The position numbers and the translations under genes are program-made. 64,000 nucleotides of DNA from Gammaproteobacteria bacterium (GTDB taxonomy: Bacteria > Pseudomonadota > Gammaproteobacteria > CBDBNL01 > JAAOII01): positions 2,080,001 through 2,144,000 of the forward strand of contig OZ242372.1 of assembly GCA_965209035.1 (NCBI GenBank), written 5' to 3'. The notes below the pieces were generated by a model that made no database searches, had not been told where the DNA came from, and saw only the letters and a list, made by a program, of their open reading frames with translations. Every line of letters begins with the position of its first letter. Position 1 is the stretch's first letter. Shown here piece after piece: positions 23,490-34,666 of this stretch.

Positions 23490-23806
23490 TAGGTGGGTGG
23501 CATCATAAGTTAAATAGGCGAGTTCAAAGGAATAAACTTAAAAAAACTTGAAAAAACTTGAAAGAAACTTTCTGATTTTGACCCGGTTCGGTTCCTAGCC
23601 TGCGGACAAATAAAAGAACATCGTTTATTGTTAAATTCGTCACAAAGGCATTCGTTATTAAAGATACGCTCTTTTTGTCGGATGAAACCAAGTATGCAAC
23701 GCATATTCGCCATGCCATATAGAAGAGAAGTATAATAAGTTTATGAGACATCCAATAAGCCGGCGTTTGCGGGAAAGATAAAAAGAGCATTGAGGTTATT
23801 GTTATC

Positions 23807-24727
23807 ATGCACCCTTTGAACTGGCTGCTTCTGTTTTTCTTGGCGTGTCTTTGGGCGGTGTCTTTCCCGGCGTTTTCGGTGGCATTGACCGAGTTGAGCC
23901 CTATTTCAACGGTCTTCTGGCGTTTGTTCCCCGCCGGCATCGCGATGATGGTATTGGCGCTTATTATGGGGCACCGTTTTCCGCTGCGTTTCAAGTTCTG
24001 GTTTCCGTTTATTATTCTCGGCATATTCTTTAATCTTGCCCCCTTCCTCTTGATTGCAACGGGGCAAAAATACATAGAAGCGGGCTTGGCATCCATTCTC
24101 AATGCGACCACGCCAATCTTTACCGGTGCTTTGGCGCATTTTGTGTTTGCCAGCGAGAGATTAAACCTCTTGAAAGTTTTCGGTCTTCTCCTTGGTCTTT
24201 TCGGAATCAGTATTTTGTTTGGCATAGATGCTTTGACGAATTTTGATCCGCGCAATTTCGGGCAACTTCTTATCCTCTTGGCAGGCTGCTGCTATGCATT
24301 TTCCGGTGTCTTTGCAAAAAAATTCGTCATGAATTATTCCGTTATCAAAACCACGGCGGCGATGTTATTTTGTTCCGGTATGTTGTCGTTTTTTGTTTCT
24401 CTTTTTATCGCAGGCCCGCCACAACTTGCCCGCACAGCCGAGGTTTGGGGCGCTCTTATGTTCATGTCTTTCGGCGGAACCGCGGCGGCCTATGTTCTGT
24501 ATTACCTTCTTATGCGAAAAATGGGGGCAACCGGTGTTTCTTTGGTAACTTTCATTGTTCCGCCCATCGCAATATTTGTCAGTTGGGTGTTGCTGCGTGA
24601 GACGCTTGGTCTGAACGCCTATGCGGGTATGGCTGTTATTTTTCTTTCTTTGGTTTGTATGGATGCGCGGGTTCAGAAATTTTACTCCCGACTGAGAGAG
24701 GGCGCGGGTGTTCGGAGTGCGTCCTAG
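23807..24727 (+). CDS. DMT/EamA family transporter
   Basis: 306 aa, ~10 hydrophobic segments, AGLASILNATTPIFT, LLRETLG motifs. Confidence 0.9.
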   Translation: MHPLNWLLLFFLACLWAVSFPAFSVALTELSPISTVFWRLFPAGIAMMVLALIMGHRFPLRFKFWFPFIILGIFFNLAPFLLIATGQKYIEAGLASILNATTPIFTGALAHFVFASERLNLLKVFGLLLGLFGISILFGIDALTNFDPRNFGQLLILLAGCCYAFSGVFAKKFVMNYSVIKTTAAMLFCSGMLSFFVSLFIAGPPQLARTAEVWGALMFMSFGGTAAAYVLYYLLMRKMGATGVSLVTFIVPPIAIFVSWVLLRETLGLNAYAGMAVIFLSLVCMDARVQKFYSRLREGAGVRSAS

Positions 24728-24798
24728 TATGTCCTAAGTATGTCCTAGTGCGTCCTACGAGAACAGTCACACAAAATGAATAAAGGCAAAGACAAGAG

Positions 24799-25338
24799 AT
24801 GAACAACTGCTTAATTGAAGTGGTTCGGGATGGCTTTTTGGCAATAGTAGCGGACGAAATTGGGCTTGTTTCCGTTTCTCTCGGTGAGGAACGAGAGAAA
24901 CTTGCAAACGACATACAACAACGGTTCGGTGTTTCGGCGGACGAGACCGGCCGAGCGTCTGCATCCTCTTTCCCCGCTTTATCCGTCGGGATGAGAACAT
25001 TAAGAGGCTATTTAAACGGTAACAACGACGATTTGAGTGATCTCAAACTGCATATTACAGGGACGGATTTTCAACAAAGAGTCTGGCGGCAGCTTGCCGG
25101 TATTCCGCGCGGAATGACCTTGAGTTACGAAGAACTTGCCGCCGCATTAAACAGCCACCCGCGTGCCGTCGGCGGTGCTTGCGCGGCCAACGATCTTGCC
25201 GTGGTGATTCCTTGTCATCGCATACTGCCAAAACCAAAAGGCGGTGGCGGTGGTATGGGGAATCCCGACTTGGGGCATTACAGATGGGGGACGAAATGGA
25301 AACGCAGGCTGTTGCGTCTGGAACATTCTATTATATAA
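24799..25338 (+). CDS. ogt: Methylated-DNA-protein-cysteine methyltransferase
   Basis: GTDFQQRVW, IPRG…SY, RAVGGAC, active-site IPCHR. Confidence 0.93.
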   Translation: MNNCLIEVVRDGFLAIVADEIGLVSVSLGEEREKLANDIQQRFGVSADETGRASASSFPALSVGMRTLRGYLNGNNDDLSDLKLHITGTDFQQRVWRQLAGIPRGMTLSYEELAAALNSHPRAVGGACAANDLAVVIPCHRILPKPKGGGGGMGNPDLGHYRWGTKWKRRLLRLEHSII

Positions 25339-25373
25339 GAAGGCGAAGCCTGTTGAGTAAGTTCTCCCCAAAG

Positions 25374-26156
25374 ATGCCGCAGCCAACCATACTAACAGAC
25401 CCAACGGGGCCAACAGACCCAACAGACCCAACAAAGCCAACAGGGCCAACAAAGATGCCTTCAACAGTTCTTGCCGATGTGATGACCCAACTGGAAAATT
25501 ACGGAACGGCGCAGAACAGAAAAATTTATGTGCGACACGGCGCATCCCCCGACAATGTCTTTGGTGTGAGTTTTGCCAACTTGAACATCCTTCTTAAAAA
25601 GATCCGGCGCGACCATTCTTTGGCAACCCAACTTTGGGCGACCGGCAATTACGATGCGCGCAATCTGGCAACCAAGATTGCCGATCCGTCAAAAATGAAT
25701 ATTACGGTGGCTAATCGTTGGGTGAGTTCCGCGGACAATTATCTGCATTCCTCCCTTTTGGGTGGGATGCTTGCACGCTCGCCTGTGGCAAAGCAATTGA
25801 TGCAAAAGTGGTGTGCCTCCCGGAAAGAATTTACCAAGCAAAGCGGTTATGCGTTACTGAGTGCCTGCTTGCGAGACAATGCCGATGCGATTTCGGCGGG
25901 AACCGGTCGGGACTATTTGCGTTTAATAGAAACGGAAATTCATCGCAGTCCCAACTGGGCGCGGTATTCTATGAATTGGTCTTTGATAGCGATTGGAACC
26001 TACATAGATGCTCTTGCGGATGAGGCGGTGGAAACGGCCGGGCGGATTGGCAAGGTGGAAGTAGATCATGGAGAAACATCATGTAAAACACGGGCTGCGG
26101 CCGCTTATATTGTCAAGGCGCGTGATCATCCGAAACGCAAACGCGCCCGCCGTTGA
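25374..26156 (+). CDS. DNA alkylation repair protein (AlkD-like HEAT-repeat family); alternative start 25455
   Basis: FGVSFANL…LATQLWATGNYDARNLA, RYSMNWSLIAIG, GKVEVDHGETSCK; lies between ogt and tag. Confidence 0.8.
   Translation: MPQPTILTDPTGPTDPTDPTKPTGPTKMPSTVLADVMTQLENYGTAQNRKIYVRHGASPDNVFGVSFANLNILLKKIRRDHSLATQLWATGNYDARNLATKIADPSKMNITVANRWVSSADNYLHSSLLGGMLARSPVAKQLMQKWCASRKEFTKQSGYALLSACLRDNADAISAGTGRDYLRLIETEIHRSPNWARYSMNWSLIAIGTYIDALADEAVETAGRIGKVEVDHGETSCKTRAAAAYIVKARDHPKRKRARR
25394..25453 (+). repeat. 9-bp tandem repeat (ccaacagac variants, ~6-7 units)
   Basis: aacagaccc aacggggcc aacagaccc aacagaccc aacaaagcc aacagggcc; encodes PT(G/D/K) units in frame. Confidence 0.85.
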
Positions 26157-26187
26157 TGTTAATTCGCTCGGATAGATTCGTAATCCT

Positions 26188-26790
26188 GTGAAGCAACAGC
26201 CTGAATCCGCGAAGGAACGGGAACAAGACAAAAAGAGGTGTAAATGGTGTCTCGGACACCCTCTTTATGTTGCCTATCATGACGAGGAGTGGGGTGTGCC
26301 GGTGTTTGACGACAGAAAACTCTTTGAGATGCTGCTCTTGGAGGGATGTCAGGCGGGGTTAAGTTGGCTCACCATACTGAAAAGACGAGAGAATTATCGC
26401 GAGTCTTACGATGGGTTTGATTTTAACAAAATAGCCGAGTATAACGACAAAAGATGTGAGGAGTTGCGGCAGGATGCCGGCATCATTCGCAACAGGCTCA
26501 AGATAAAAGCATCGGTCCTCAATGCCCGGGCATTTATCCGACTGCGGGAAGAGAAGGGGAGTTTTGCGAATTACCTTTGGGACTTTACGGACGGCAAACA
26601 GATCGTGAGTTCGGTTGCCACAATGCAGGATGTTCCCGCCACAACCCCGTTGAGTGATCGCATTTCCAAAGACTTAAAAAAACGCGGCTTTGGTTTTGTC
26701 GGTAGTACGATTGTTTATGCGTTCTTACAAGCTGTTGGGGTGACGGACGATCATTTAAACGATTGTTGGCGAAAGAGGGGAGGGGGATGA
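26188..26790 (+). CDS. tag: DNA-3-methyladenine glycosylase I
   Basis: RCKW…YHDEEWGVP, LEGCQAGLSWLTIL, IIRNRLKI, DHLNDC. Confidence 0.96.
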   Translation: MKQQPESAKEREQDKKRCKWCLGHPLYVAYHDEEWGVPVFDDRKLFEMLLLEGCQAGLSWLTILKRRENYRESYDGFDFNKIAEYNDKRCEELRQDAGIIRNRLKIKASVLNARAFIRLREEKGSFANYLWDFTDGKQIVSSVATMQDVPATTPLSDRISKDLKKRGFGFVGSTIVYAFLQAVGVTDDHLNDCWRKRGGG

Positions 26791-26893
26791 ACAGTTTAAG
26801 TTTCTATGTTTCCATGTTTCCATTGCATCCCTTTGACGGATGTCTTGGAAACATCAAAACCCAAATATTCCTTAAATCGTTTTCAAACCGTTT

Positions 26894-27586
26894 TCAAACC
26901 GTTTTCTTGTTTTCGGCGGGTTTGGTCATCTCGGCTTCGGCGTAAAACTTGATACCGCGTTTTATTCTGCTGCGGCCCTTGGCAAGTCTCCATTTGTTGG
27001 TATCGCGCAGACTGAACACGCAACCGCAATATTCTTGCTGATAAAACTGTTCTTCCTTGGCGATCAGGATCATGCGTTCCGCGCCGCCTTTTTTACGCCA
27101 GTTATGCGTCCAATAGTGCATATCGGGGTAGCGCACCGCGGCACGCTCACCGCAGGCATTGATTTGGTCCAGGTTTTTCCATCTTGAGATCCCAAGCGAA
27201 CTTGTGATGACACTAAAGTTATTTTCATAGGCAAATAATGCGGTGCGTTCAAAACGCATATCAAAACACAGAGTGCAGCGATGTCCGCGCTCCGGTTCAT
27301 TCTCGTAACCGCGGATCCGCTCAAACCAGTTATCCGTATCATAGTCGGCATCTTCAAAGGGGATGCCCAGTTTTTTACAATATCTGATATTTTCCGCTTT
27401 ACGGATATCGTATTCTGTTCTCGGGTGGATATTCGGATTGTAGAAAAAAACAGTCAGATGTAAGCCGGAAGCGATGATGGCTTCCATGATCTCGCCCGCA
27501 CAGGGAGCACAGCAAGAATGCATCAGAACTCGCTCACTTTTGTTTGGAGTGGTTAGAGTTTCCCGGGAAACAGCGGCAGTGGTCAT
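26894..27586 (-). CDS. queH: Epoxyqueuosine reductase QueH (DUF208)
   Basis: [15 protein letters not shown], EPERGx[10 protein letters not shown]. Confidence 0.92.
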   Translation of the reverse strand: MTTAAVSRETLTTPNKSERVLMHSCCAPCAGEIMEAIIASGLHLTVFFYNPNIHPRTEYDIRKAENIRYCKKLGIPFEDADYDTDNWFERIRGYENEPERGHRCTLCFDMRFERTALFAYENNFSVITSSLGISRWKNLDQINACGERAAVRYPDMHYWTHNWRKKGGAERMILIAKEEQFYQQEYCGCVFSLRDTNKWRLAKGRSRIKRGIKFYAEAEMTKPAENKKTV

Positions 27587-28206
27587 GACGGCAATAGTCC
27601 GAGTTTGGCAAGAAGATCTTTCAAGTTTTTCTGTTGATAGTTGCGACGCAGCCGGTGACAGTAAACAATGGTGGCAAGGTCTTCCAATGCCTTGTTAAAA
27701 TCTTCGTTCACGATCAGGTAGTCAAACCGATCATAGTGCCGCATTTCCGAGACGGCTTCTTTAAGGCGGTGGTCAATCACTGCGGAAGAATCGGCGGCAC
27801 GCGTTTCCAATCTTGCTCGCAGGGTGTTCATGTCCGGCGGCAGAATAAAAATCATAACCGCCTTGGGGTACTGTTTTTGTATTTGAACCGCACCTTGCCA
27901 ATCAATTTCCAGCAGGACATCTCGCCCGTCGTTTAACATCCTTTCTATTTCCCGCCGCGGCGTTCCGTAATAATTGCCGAAGACCTCCGCGTGTTCTATG
28001 AATTCTCCTTGCTCGCGCATCTTTGTAAACTCTTCAACCGAGGCGAAATAATAATTTTTTGTATGTGTTTCGTTTTCTCTTTTGGGACGCGTGGTATAGG
28101 ATACGGACAAGCACAGCTCGTCAAGTTTTTGCAAAAGTGCTTTTACCAGGCTGGTTTTTCCCGCTCCGGAAGGAGCCGATACAACGAACAGATTATTACA
28201 ATTCAT
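27583..28206 (-). CDS. gmk: Guanylate kinase
   Basis: [33 protein letters not shown]; start set at MNCNNLF. Confidence 0.96.
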   Translation of the reverse strand: MNCNNLFVVSAPSGAGKTSLVKALLQKLDELCLSVSYTTRPKRENETHTKNYYFASVEEFTKMREQGEFIEHAEVFGNYYGTPRREIERMLNDGRDVLLEIDWQGAVQIQKQYPKAVMIFILPPDMNTLRARLETRAADSSAVIDHRLKEAVSEMRHYDRFDYLIVNEDFNKALEDLATIVYCHRLRRNYQQKNLKDLLAKLGLLPS

Positions 28207-28228
28207 AAGTTCAAGGACGACCCAAGGA

Positions 28229-29605
28229 TCATGCGGGCGAGTATGCCGGCAACCTTTTCGCGCCACAAACAGGTTCGTCGCGGTCGGTGATGGGAATGCC
28301 GCGCAAGGAATGATTAAGAGCCTCGATAATCTTGATGTCGGCAAACTCGCCTATGGCGTGCCGGTCTGCGGTTGCCTTAAAGTGGGTGAGTCTGTTGTTG
28401 TCCGTGCGTCCTTGCAAGAGGCTCGGATCTTTTTTTGAATAATCGTTGATTAAGATGCGTTGCACTGTGCCGACCATGTTTTGGCTAATTGAGGCGGTTT
28501 GTTCGTTCAAGAGTTGTTGTAATCTTTGTAAACGTTCGTTCTTTTCGGCATGCGAGGTTTCGTCCGCGTAATAGGACGCAGGTGTTCCCGGTCTCGGACT
28601 GTAAAGAAAACTAAACGATTTGTCAAAATGCAGTTCTCGGACCAATTGCATGGTTCTTTCAAAATCTTCGGCGGTTTCGCCGGGAAAGCCAACAATGAAA
28701 TCTGAAGAAAGAGCGAGTTCCGGGCGGGCCGCGCGCAACCGGTATATTTTTTCTTTGTATTCCAAGACAGTGTAATCGCGTTTCATCCTTGCCAAGATCC
28801 TATCCGAACCGCTCTGGACGGGAAGGTGTAAATGACTGACCAGTTGCGGCAGATGTTTGTAAGCATCCGTCAGTGTGCGAGTGACTTCCACCGGGTGGGA
28901 TGTGGTGTATCTAATGCGTTCAATGCCGTCTGTTTCCGCCACCCGAAACAACAAAGCGGCAAAATCGGTCTTTTCGTGCAAATACGCGTTGACATTTTGG
29001 CCGAGCAGAGTGATTTCTTTGACGCCCTGTTGTGCCAGCACCGCAATTTCACGCAAAATATCATCCCGGGGGCGGTTTACTTCTTCGCCGCGCGTATAGG
29101 GGACCACACAAAACGAACAGTATTTGCTACAGCCTTCCATAATAGAAACGAAGGCTTCGGTCCCTTCGGTGCGCGGCGGCGGAAGATGATCAAACTTTTC
29201 AATTGCCGGAAAACTGATGTCCATAACGGATATGTTCTTTTTGGATACAACTTGGCGAATCAGTGCGGGCAACCGATGAATGGTTTGCGGGCCAAAAATC
29301 ACATCCACATAGGGAGCGCGCTTGAGAATCATGTCGCCTTCCAACGAAGCCACACAACCGCCTACGCCGAGCAAGATGTCTTTGTTTTTAGTCTTTAGTT
29401 TTTTCCATTGACCGAGGCGTGAGAAGACCTTTTCGTGCGCCTTTTCCCGCACGGAGCAGGTATTCATTAGAAGTAAACGGGCATCCTCCGGTCTGTCGGT
29501 GCGTGACATATTAAAGTGCGAACACAGAATATCCGCTATTTTTTGCGAGTCATACACATTCATCTGGCAGCCGTGGCTTTCAATGAAAAACTTTTTATTT
29601 TTCAT
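28229..29605 (-). CDS. miaB: tRNA-2-methylthio-N6-dimethylallyladenosine synthase
   Basis: [18 protein letters not shown], radical [23 protein letters not shown]-like C-terminus. Confidence 0.96.
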   Translation of the reverse strand: MKNKKFFIESHGCQMNVYDSQKIADILCSHFNMSRTDRPEDARLLLMNTCSVREKAHEKVFSRLGQWKKLKTKNKDILLGVGGCVASLEGDMILKRAPYVDVIFGPQTIHRLPALIRQVVSKKNISVMDISFPAIEKFDHLPPPRTEGTEAFVSIMEGCSKYCSFCVVPYTRGEEVNRPRDDILREIAVLAQQGVKEITLLGQNVNAYLHEKTDFAALLFRVAETDGIERIRYTTSHPVEVTRTLTDAYKHLPQLVSHLHLPVQSGSDRILARMKRDYTVLEYKEKIYRLRAARPELALSSDFIVGFPGETAEDFERTMQLVRELHFDKSFSFLYSPRPGTPASYYADETSHAEKNERLQRLQQLLNEQTASISQNMVGTVQRILINDYSKKDPSLLQGRTDNNRLTHFKATADRHAIGEFADIKIIEALNHSLRGIPITDRDEPVCGAKRLPAYSPA

Positions 29606-29733
29606 TTTTATCGGACAGAATTGCCGGGATGACTTGCATTGCTTGCCTTACTTGCATATGTTTGGTGGAAACTTACTTCTTCTTAAATGGTGTTAACAAA
29701 ATTATAGTATAAGAGGAATCAGACGCCGAAGCA

Positions 29734-30867
29734 TTAAGAAGAAAGAGCGGAGCAAACCGTAGCCAAAAAGGAGCGGCCGCCGGCCGGCTTGTAGCCGCGG
29801 CGGATGTTGTCTTTGGCAATGGCAACGACCGATCTGCAGTATTTTGCAAGAATGCCATAGGCGCGCAGGATGGGAGTGTTTGGATGATACAGATGTCCCG
29901 GTTCGCCCATAACACCGTTGAGTTCTATGATCTTCAAATTCCGAGCCTGCTTGAGATCTGCGTCGCCGGGAGCAATCAGATCGTATCTGCCGACATAAAA
30001 GTCGGGCAGTGCTTTGCTAATATTGTCTATGTGTTCTTCCAATTGCGGGGTAATGAGATCCGGGGCGGAGCGAAACACAGTCCCGCGTGAGTGGGCGCCT
30101 ATGGTAACAAGTTGGATCTGTTGATTTTTTAGAGGAACGGAATGCAGTTGATCCGCATGGAAGGCAAAGTGTATTTTTGCCATGATGAATGCGCGCGGAT
30201 GTTGCAAAATCAATCTTTCCAGAGTATTGATTCCGTCCCCGTTCAAGACAATTTTTTCCTTACGTATGAGAGAGTCAATTTGCCCCTTTTTCCGGCCGGG
30301 CAACCGAATATAATGGATGCCGTACTCGGGACCCGAGATGTATTCTTGGACCAGGTGATCCTGTTCCGGGCGGGGACCTGCCAGGAAATTTTGCAATTCC
30401 GATGCATTGTGAATAATATGCACATCTTTACCTCTCTCGCCGCTTTCCGGCTTAATGACCAGAGGATAGGCGTTGAATTTTTTTTGAAAAACGGTGATTC
30501 GATGATGCCATTTTGAATATTCATTCCGGGGCAAATGTATACAGCCCGCAACATCCTTGCCGAACTTGGGATGTTTGGCGAGAGGAGATAAGATTTTTGT
30601 TTTTGGAGTATGAAAGGGGTTTTGCATCCCGGGATTTACCGGGGTGAGAAGATCAAGACGTCTGCAAGGAATGCAAAGGTAAAGGTAATACATGACAATC
30701 GGCAAGTAAAACAAGGGTGTTGGCCAGAATTCGTATCGGGTTAAGCGAATAAAAAATGCCAAACATAAACGCCTTCGTTTGTAATTGGTGGCAAGCCACA
30801 GGAAACCGCATGCAACCAAAACACAGGCAATCAAAATGATAACTGACAGAATCCAAAATTTGGTCAT
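29734..30867 (-). CDS. Membrane-anchored ATP-grasp (D-Ala-D-Ala ligase-like) protein
   Basis: N-terminal TM, YEFWP motif, YPLVIKPESGERGKDV, LVQEYI, GRYD, IIELNG. Confidence 0.75.
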   Translation of the reverse strand: MTKFWILSVIILIACVLVACGFLWLATNYKRRRLCLAFFIRLTRYEFWPTPLFYLPIVMYYLYLCIPCRRLDLLTPVNPGMQNPFHTPKTKILSPLAKHPKFGKDVAGCIHLPRNEYSKWHHRITVFQKKFNAYPLVIKPESGERGKDVHIIHNASELQNFLAGPRPEQDHLVQEYISGPEYGIHYIRLPGRKKGQIDSLIRKEKIVLNGDGINTLERLILQHPRAFIMAKIHFAFHADQLHSVPLKNQQIQLVTIGAHSRGTVFRSAPDLITPQLEEHIDNISKALPDFYVGRYDLIAPGDADLKQARNLKIIELNGVMGEPGHLYHPNTPILRAYGILAKYCRSVVAIAKDNIRRGYKPAGGRSFLATVCSALSS

Positions 30868-30986
30868 TGCTTTTTACCCGGATGTTTGAGAGAACTTTAT
30901 TTTGCTGCTTTCGCTTTTGCGGTGCTTGGGGGAAGAACCGATGCGAGCGATCGATTGTTCAAAATAACCAAATGATCATAACGAAG

Positions 30987-31772
30987 TCAGAACAGACGCT
31001 TGCGATCACCAAAAAACATTTGATAGTGTCTGTCGGACATTTGCGCGGTGTCGTGCAAAATTAAGAATTCAATGCCTCTGAAATCTTTGTGAAAACACGG
31101 ATCACTGCACACCAAGCATTTAAATCTCAGATAAAGACCAAATATGGCGGGAAGAGAAACCGTGTTGATGTCCACAGGTCTGTCCTCATAGATACATTTG
31201 GAATCCGGCAACACCGGAACATGAATGGAATCGTGGTAAACATCCATTGCTTGGAACAACTTAATGTAATCATCGGCGTCTTGCATATTGGAAGACGGGA
31301 TAGTCGAGCAGCCGAAAAAGTATCTGAGTTTGTTGTGATAAAGCACATTGGCCAATCCTTTCCACAGGATACCGAATACGCGCGAATTCCTGTATTTCGC
31401 CCCAATACAGGCGCGACTGACACTGAGGCCTTGTTTTTGAATATCTAACGGCAGCTTACTGAAGTCATAACGGTTTGAGCCGCAGAATCCCCCGTTTTCG
31501 GTTGCCATTTCGTATGTTTGCATGCGGTAGGTGGCAATAATCTGTTGTTCTTTTTTTGTCTTGATCAGGAGATGGGAAGAATAAGCATCATACCGGTCAA
31601 TATCGGTTTGAGCTTCCGCCGCTTTGGGGTTTCCAATTTGCATTTCCACATTGTAAATTTGATATCTTAGCCTGTAAAGTTGGTCATAATCGGCATCCGT
31701 TTCTGCAACCAAAACCACATATTCATCCGTTTCAGCGATCGGATCATTGAAAGACAAACTGGGATGCAGCAT
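30987..31772 (-). CDS. GNAT-fold N-acyltransferase (OlsB-like)
   Basis: RLRYQIYNVE, DIDRYD…HLL, ATYRM, SRACI…YR, LWKGL, YFFGC pattern. Confidence 0.8.
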   Translation of the reverse strand: MLHPSLSFNDPIAETDEYVVLVAETDADYDQLYRLRYQIYNVEMQIGNPKAAEAQTDIDRYDAYSSHLLIKTKKEQQIIATYRMQTYEMATENGGFCGSNRYDFSKLPLDIQKQGLSVSRACIGAKYRNSRVFGILWKGLANVLYHNKLRYFFGCSTIPSSNMQDADDYIKLFQAMDVYHDSIHVPVLPDSKCIYEDRPVDINTVSLPAIFGLYLRFKCLVCSDPCFHKDFRGIEFLILHDTAQMSDRHYQMFFGDRKRLF

Positions 31773-32118
31773 TTTTTACTTCCGGTCTTTTATTGTTCTA
31801 TTGTTCTATTGTTTTATTTTTCGCTCCAAAAGAAGCACATGAACAGCATATCATTTGTTTATATTTTATGTTCTAAATCACCGAGTATGCGGAAAAAAGA
31901 ACAAACGCACCCATTTTGTAGTGAAAACGCGTTTGAATTTTGAAAATAAACCACAAGAGAAACCGGCGGTCATCAAGATACAATTCCGGCGAGCCTATGA
32001 TTATTGACAAACATTGATCGGCTATTGTCTAATATCCGGTTGCCTTCTTAATTACGAATATGCTTGTCGCCTCTTTTTTTTAAGAGTTCGTTCTTTTGGG
32101 GCCGGGCTGTGCGGAAGT

Positions 32119-33021
32119 TTACAAAATGAAATAAAAGAGAAGGGGGATATTAAAAAGACACATTAAGTTTGCAATCATCACAAAGGAAGCGGTCTTTTCC
32201 GGTTCTTGCTTAAATCGTTCGGCGAATATGAAATTGGAGATGGCGGGAGGCAGAACGGCCGAAAATAGTAGCACTTGTTTTGCCAAAGAGGACAAAGAGA
32301 TGCCGGCAAGTTCCAAGAAAAGAAAGCAAGAGAGAAGGGCGAGTACACCGCTTAAAGGACAAAGAATGCCAACAAAGATCCCTTCTTTGAGATATTTAAA
32401 GATCTTACCGCTTGGATCATACAATCGAGTTCCCAGTGTAAAAACGGTCAGAGGGAGGGCGACATTTGCAAGCATTTCAACGGTGATCAGAAAAGAAGAA
32501 TGTGCCTGTATGCCGGATTGTCGATATGCAAGAGCGGCCAGAATGGCGATGACAAAAGGTTGTTTCAATAAAAACAAATAACCCCGCCTGCCGAGAATGT
32601 AATAAATTAATGTGACATGCAGGCAACTTTCTATGGCAAAAAAAATGATCATAAATTGAAATCCTTTTTCTTCAAATGCGATCAGGGCGATCGGTAAGCC
32701 GACATAACCGGCATTATTAAACATCATGGACGGCAAAAAGGTTTTGGTGCGGTATTTGAAAAGAAAGACAACAGGTGCGGCAAAAACGGCGGAACCCAGA
32801 ACAATCCCGATACTCAGCAGGGCAACCAGTCCGTAATGGTCTGTTTTAGGGAAATCGTATGTGGCAAGAGTATAAAAAAGAAGAGCGGGCATGAAAAAGT
32901 CAGTGGCAAGTTCGCTCAGAGATTTCAAGTTCCGATTTACATACCGGGCATAAACATAACCGCTGCCCGCAATACTGCACAAAGGGAAGAGAATATGGAA
33001 AATTTGAATTAAAAATTGCAT
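32119..33021 (-). CDS. AEC (auxin efflux carrier) family transporter
   Basis: PALLF, FNNAGYVGLP, LPPAISNFIFAERF; ~10 TM segments. Confidence 0.88.
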   Translation of the reverse strand: MQFLIQIFHILFPLCSIAGSGYVYARYVNRNLKSLSELATDFFMPALLFYTLATYDFPKTDHYGLVALLSIGIVLGSAVFAAPVVFLFKYRTKTFLPSMMFNNAGYVGLPIALIAFEEKGFQFMIIFFAIESCLHVTLIYYILGRRGYLFLLKQPFVIAILAALAYRQSGIQAHSSFLITVEMLANVALPLTVFTLGTRLYDPSGKIFKYLKEGIFVGILCPLSGVLALLSCFLFLELAGISLSSLAKQVLLFSAVLPPAISNFIFAERFKQEPEKTASFVMIANLMCLFNIPLLFYFIL

Positions 33022-33268
33022 CGCTTGGTTTCTAAAAGGGAGCTTTTAAAATAACGAATCACTAAAAACCGGCTTTTAGACTTTTGGTCTTTTGGGCTGA
33101 TTAGAGAGAGATATTTAAATAATAGTAATTACAAAGATAATTAAAGATGATTAAGGACAAGCACCGCAGAAACTGCGAGAGAAGAATAATAAAAACCGGT
33201 TAAAAATAATGAATTGGAAAATATTTTTGTGTCCCCGTCGTATCCGTTATTATTACCCCGAATTGAAT

Positions 33269-34666
33269 TTACTTGGTTCGCCAGGTGGTGCCTTGGTCGC
33301 CGTCCTCAATCAGAATTCCCATCTTGCTTAATTTTTCGCGAATGGCATCCGCTTCCGCCCAATTTTTGGCAAGGCGCGCTTTTTCGCGTTGGGCAATCAA
33401 GGATTCCACTTCTTCGGTGATTTCCGAGTTTCTCGCTACTTTTCCGCGCAAGAAGTCCGCGGGGTTTTCACAAAGCAATCCCAGTATTCTGCCGCATCTT
33501 AGCAAAGATTGCGCGGCGGCAACCCCTTGTTTTTGTTGTGCTTTTTTTTGGGATTCGGTGGCCAATGCAAAGAGTGCCGCCAGAGCGCGCGGCGTATTAA
33601 AGTCATCGTCCATCGCACAGAAGAAGTCCCGCTCCGCGGTCGGTTGTGTTGCCGGCTGTTGCTGTGTCAAGACCTCGGACGAGAAACCTTTGAGTGCAAT
33701 ATAAAGGCGGTTGAGAGATGTCACCGCTTGCCGCATCGCTTTGTGATTCCAATCCAGCGGGCTACGATAGTGTCCCAGGATTAAAAAATAACGCAATACC
33801 TCCGGGTGATATTCGTCAAGCAGCTCGGAAATGGTGACAAAGTTGTTGAGTGATTTCGACATTTTCTGTCCGTCCACAGTTAAAGGAGCACAGTGAACCC
33901 AGTAGCGCGCCAAAGGTTTTCCTGTTAAAGCAGCCGACTGGGCAATTTCATTTTCGTGATGAGGAAAGATGAGGTCACTGCCACCGCCGTGAATGTCCGG
34001 TGTGTCTCCCAATTCCTTTCTTACCATGGCCGAGCATTCTATGTGCCACCCCGGACGGCCGTCCCCCCAGGGCGAGGGCCAGGCCGGTTCACCCGGTTTG
34101 GATGCCTTCCAGAGAACAAAATCGGCGGGGTCTTCTTTTGTTGCATCCACTTCCACCCGAACACCTTGCAGAAGTTCGTCCGTCTTTTTGCGGCTCAGAC
34201 AGCCGTATTCCTTAAACTCACGCACCCGAAAACAGACATCCCCGCCACCGGTTTGGTAGGCGTAATTCTTTTGTATGAGACCGCTCACGAAGGCGATGAT
34301 TTCGTCGATGTGTTCGGTCGCCCGCGGCTCGCTATCCGGTGACAACAGGCGCAAACGGGCATAGTCCGCGTGCATCTTTTTGATATATTTTTCGCTGATT
34401 TGCCGGGCGGATGCTTTTTCTGCCAACGCCCGTCGGATAATCTTGTCGTCTATGTCCGTGATGTTGCGGACATAAAACACCTTGTAGTGTTTGAAGCGCA
34501 GATAGCGGACAATCAGATCAAAGTTGACGGCCGTGCGGGCATGTCCGAGATGACAGACATCATAACTGGTGACACCGCAAACATACATGCGCACTTTGGG
34601 CGGATCCTGCGGGATAAACTCTTCCAAGGCACCGCTTTGGGTATTGTAAATACGGAGAACACTCAT
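33269..34666 (-). CDS. cysS: Cysteine-tRNA ligase
   Basis: MYVCGVT, HLGH, GRPGWHIECS, KMSKS. Confidence 0.98.
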   Translation of the reverse strand: MSVLRIYNTQSGALEEFIPQDPPKVRMYVCGVTSYDVCHLGHARTAVNFDLIVRYLRFKHYKVFYVRNITDIDDKIIRRALAEKASARQISEKYIKKMHADYARLRLLSPDSEPRATEHIDEIIAFVSGLIQKNYAYQTGGGDVCFRVREFKEYGCLSRKKTDELLQGVRVEVDATKEDPADFVLWKASKPGEPAWPSPWGDGRPGWHIECSAMVRKELGDTPDIHGGGSDLIFPHHENEIAQSAALTGKPLARYWVHCAPLTVDGQKMSKSLNNFVTISELLDEYHPEVLRYFLILGHYRSPLDWNHKAMRQAVTSLNRLYIALKGFSSEVLTQQQPATQPTAERDFFCAMDDDFNTPRALAALFALATESQKKAQQKQGVAAAQSLLRCGRILGLLCENPADFLRGKVARNSEITEEVESLIAQREKARLAKNWAEADAIREKLSKMGILIEDGDQGTTWRTK

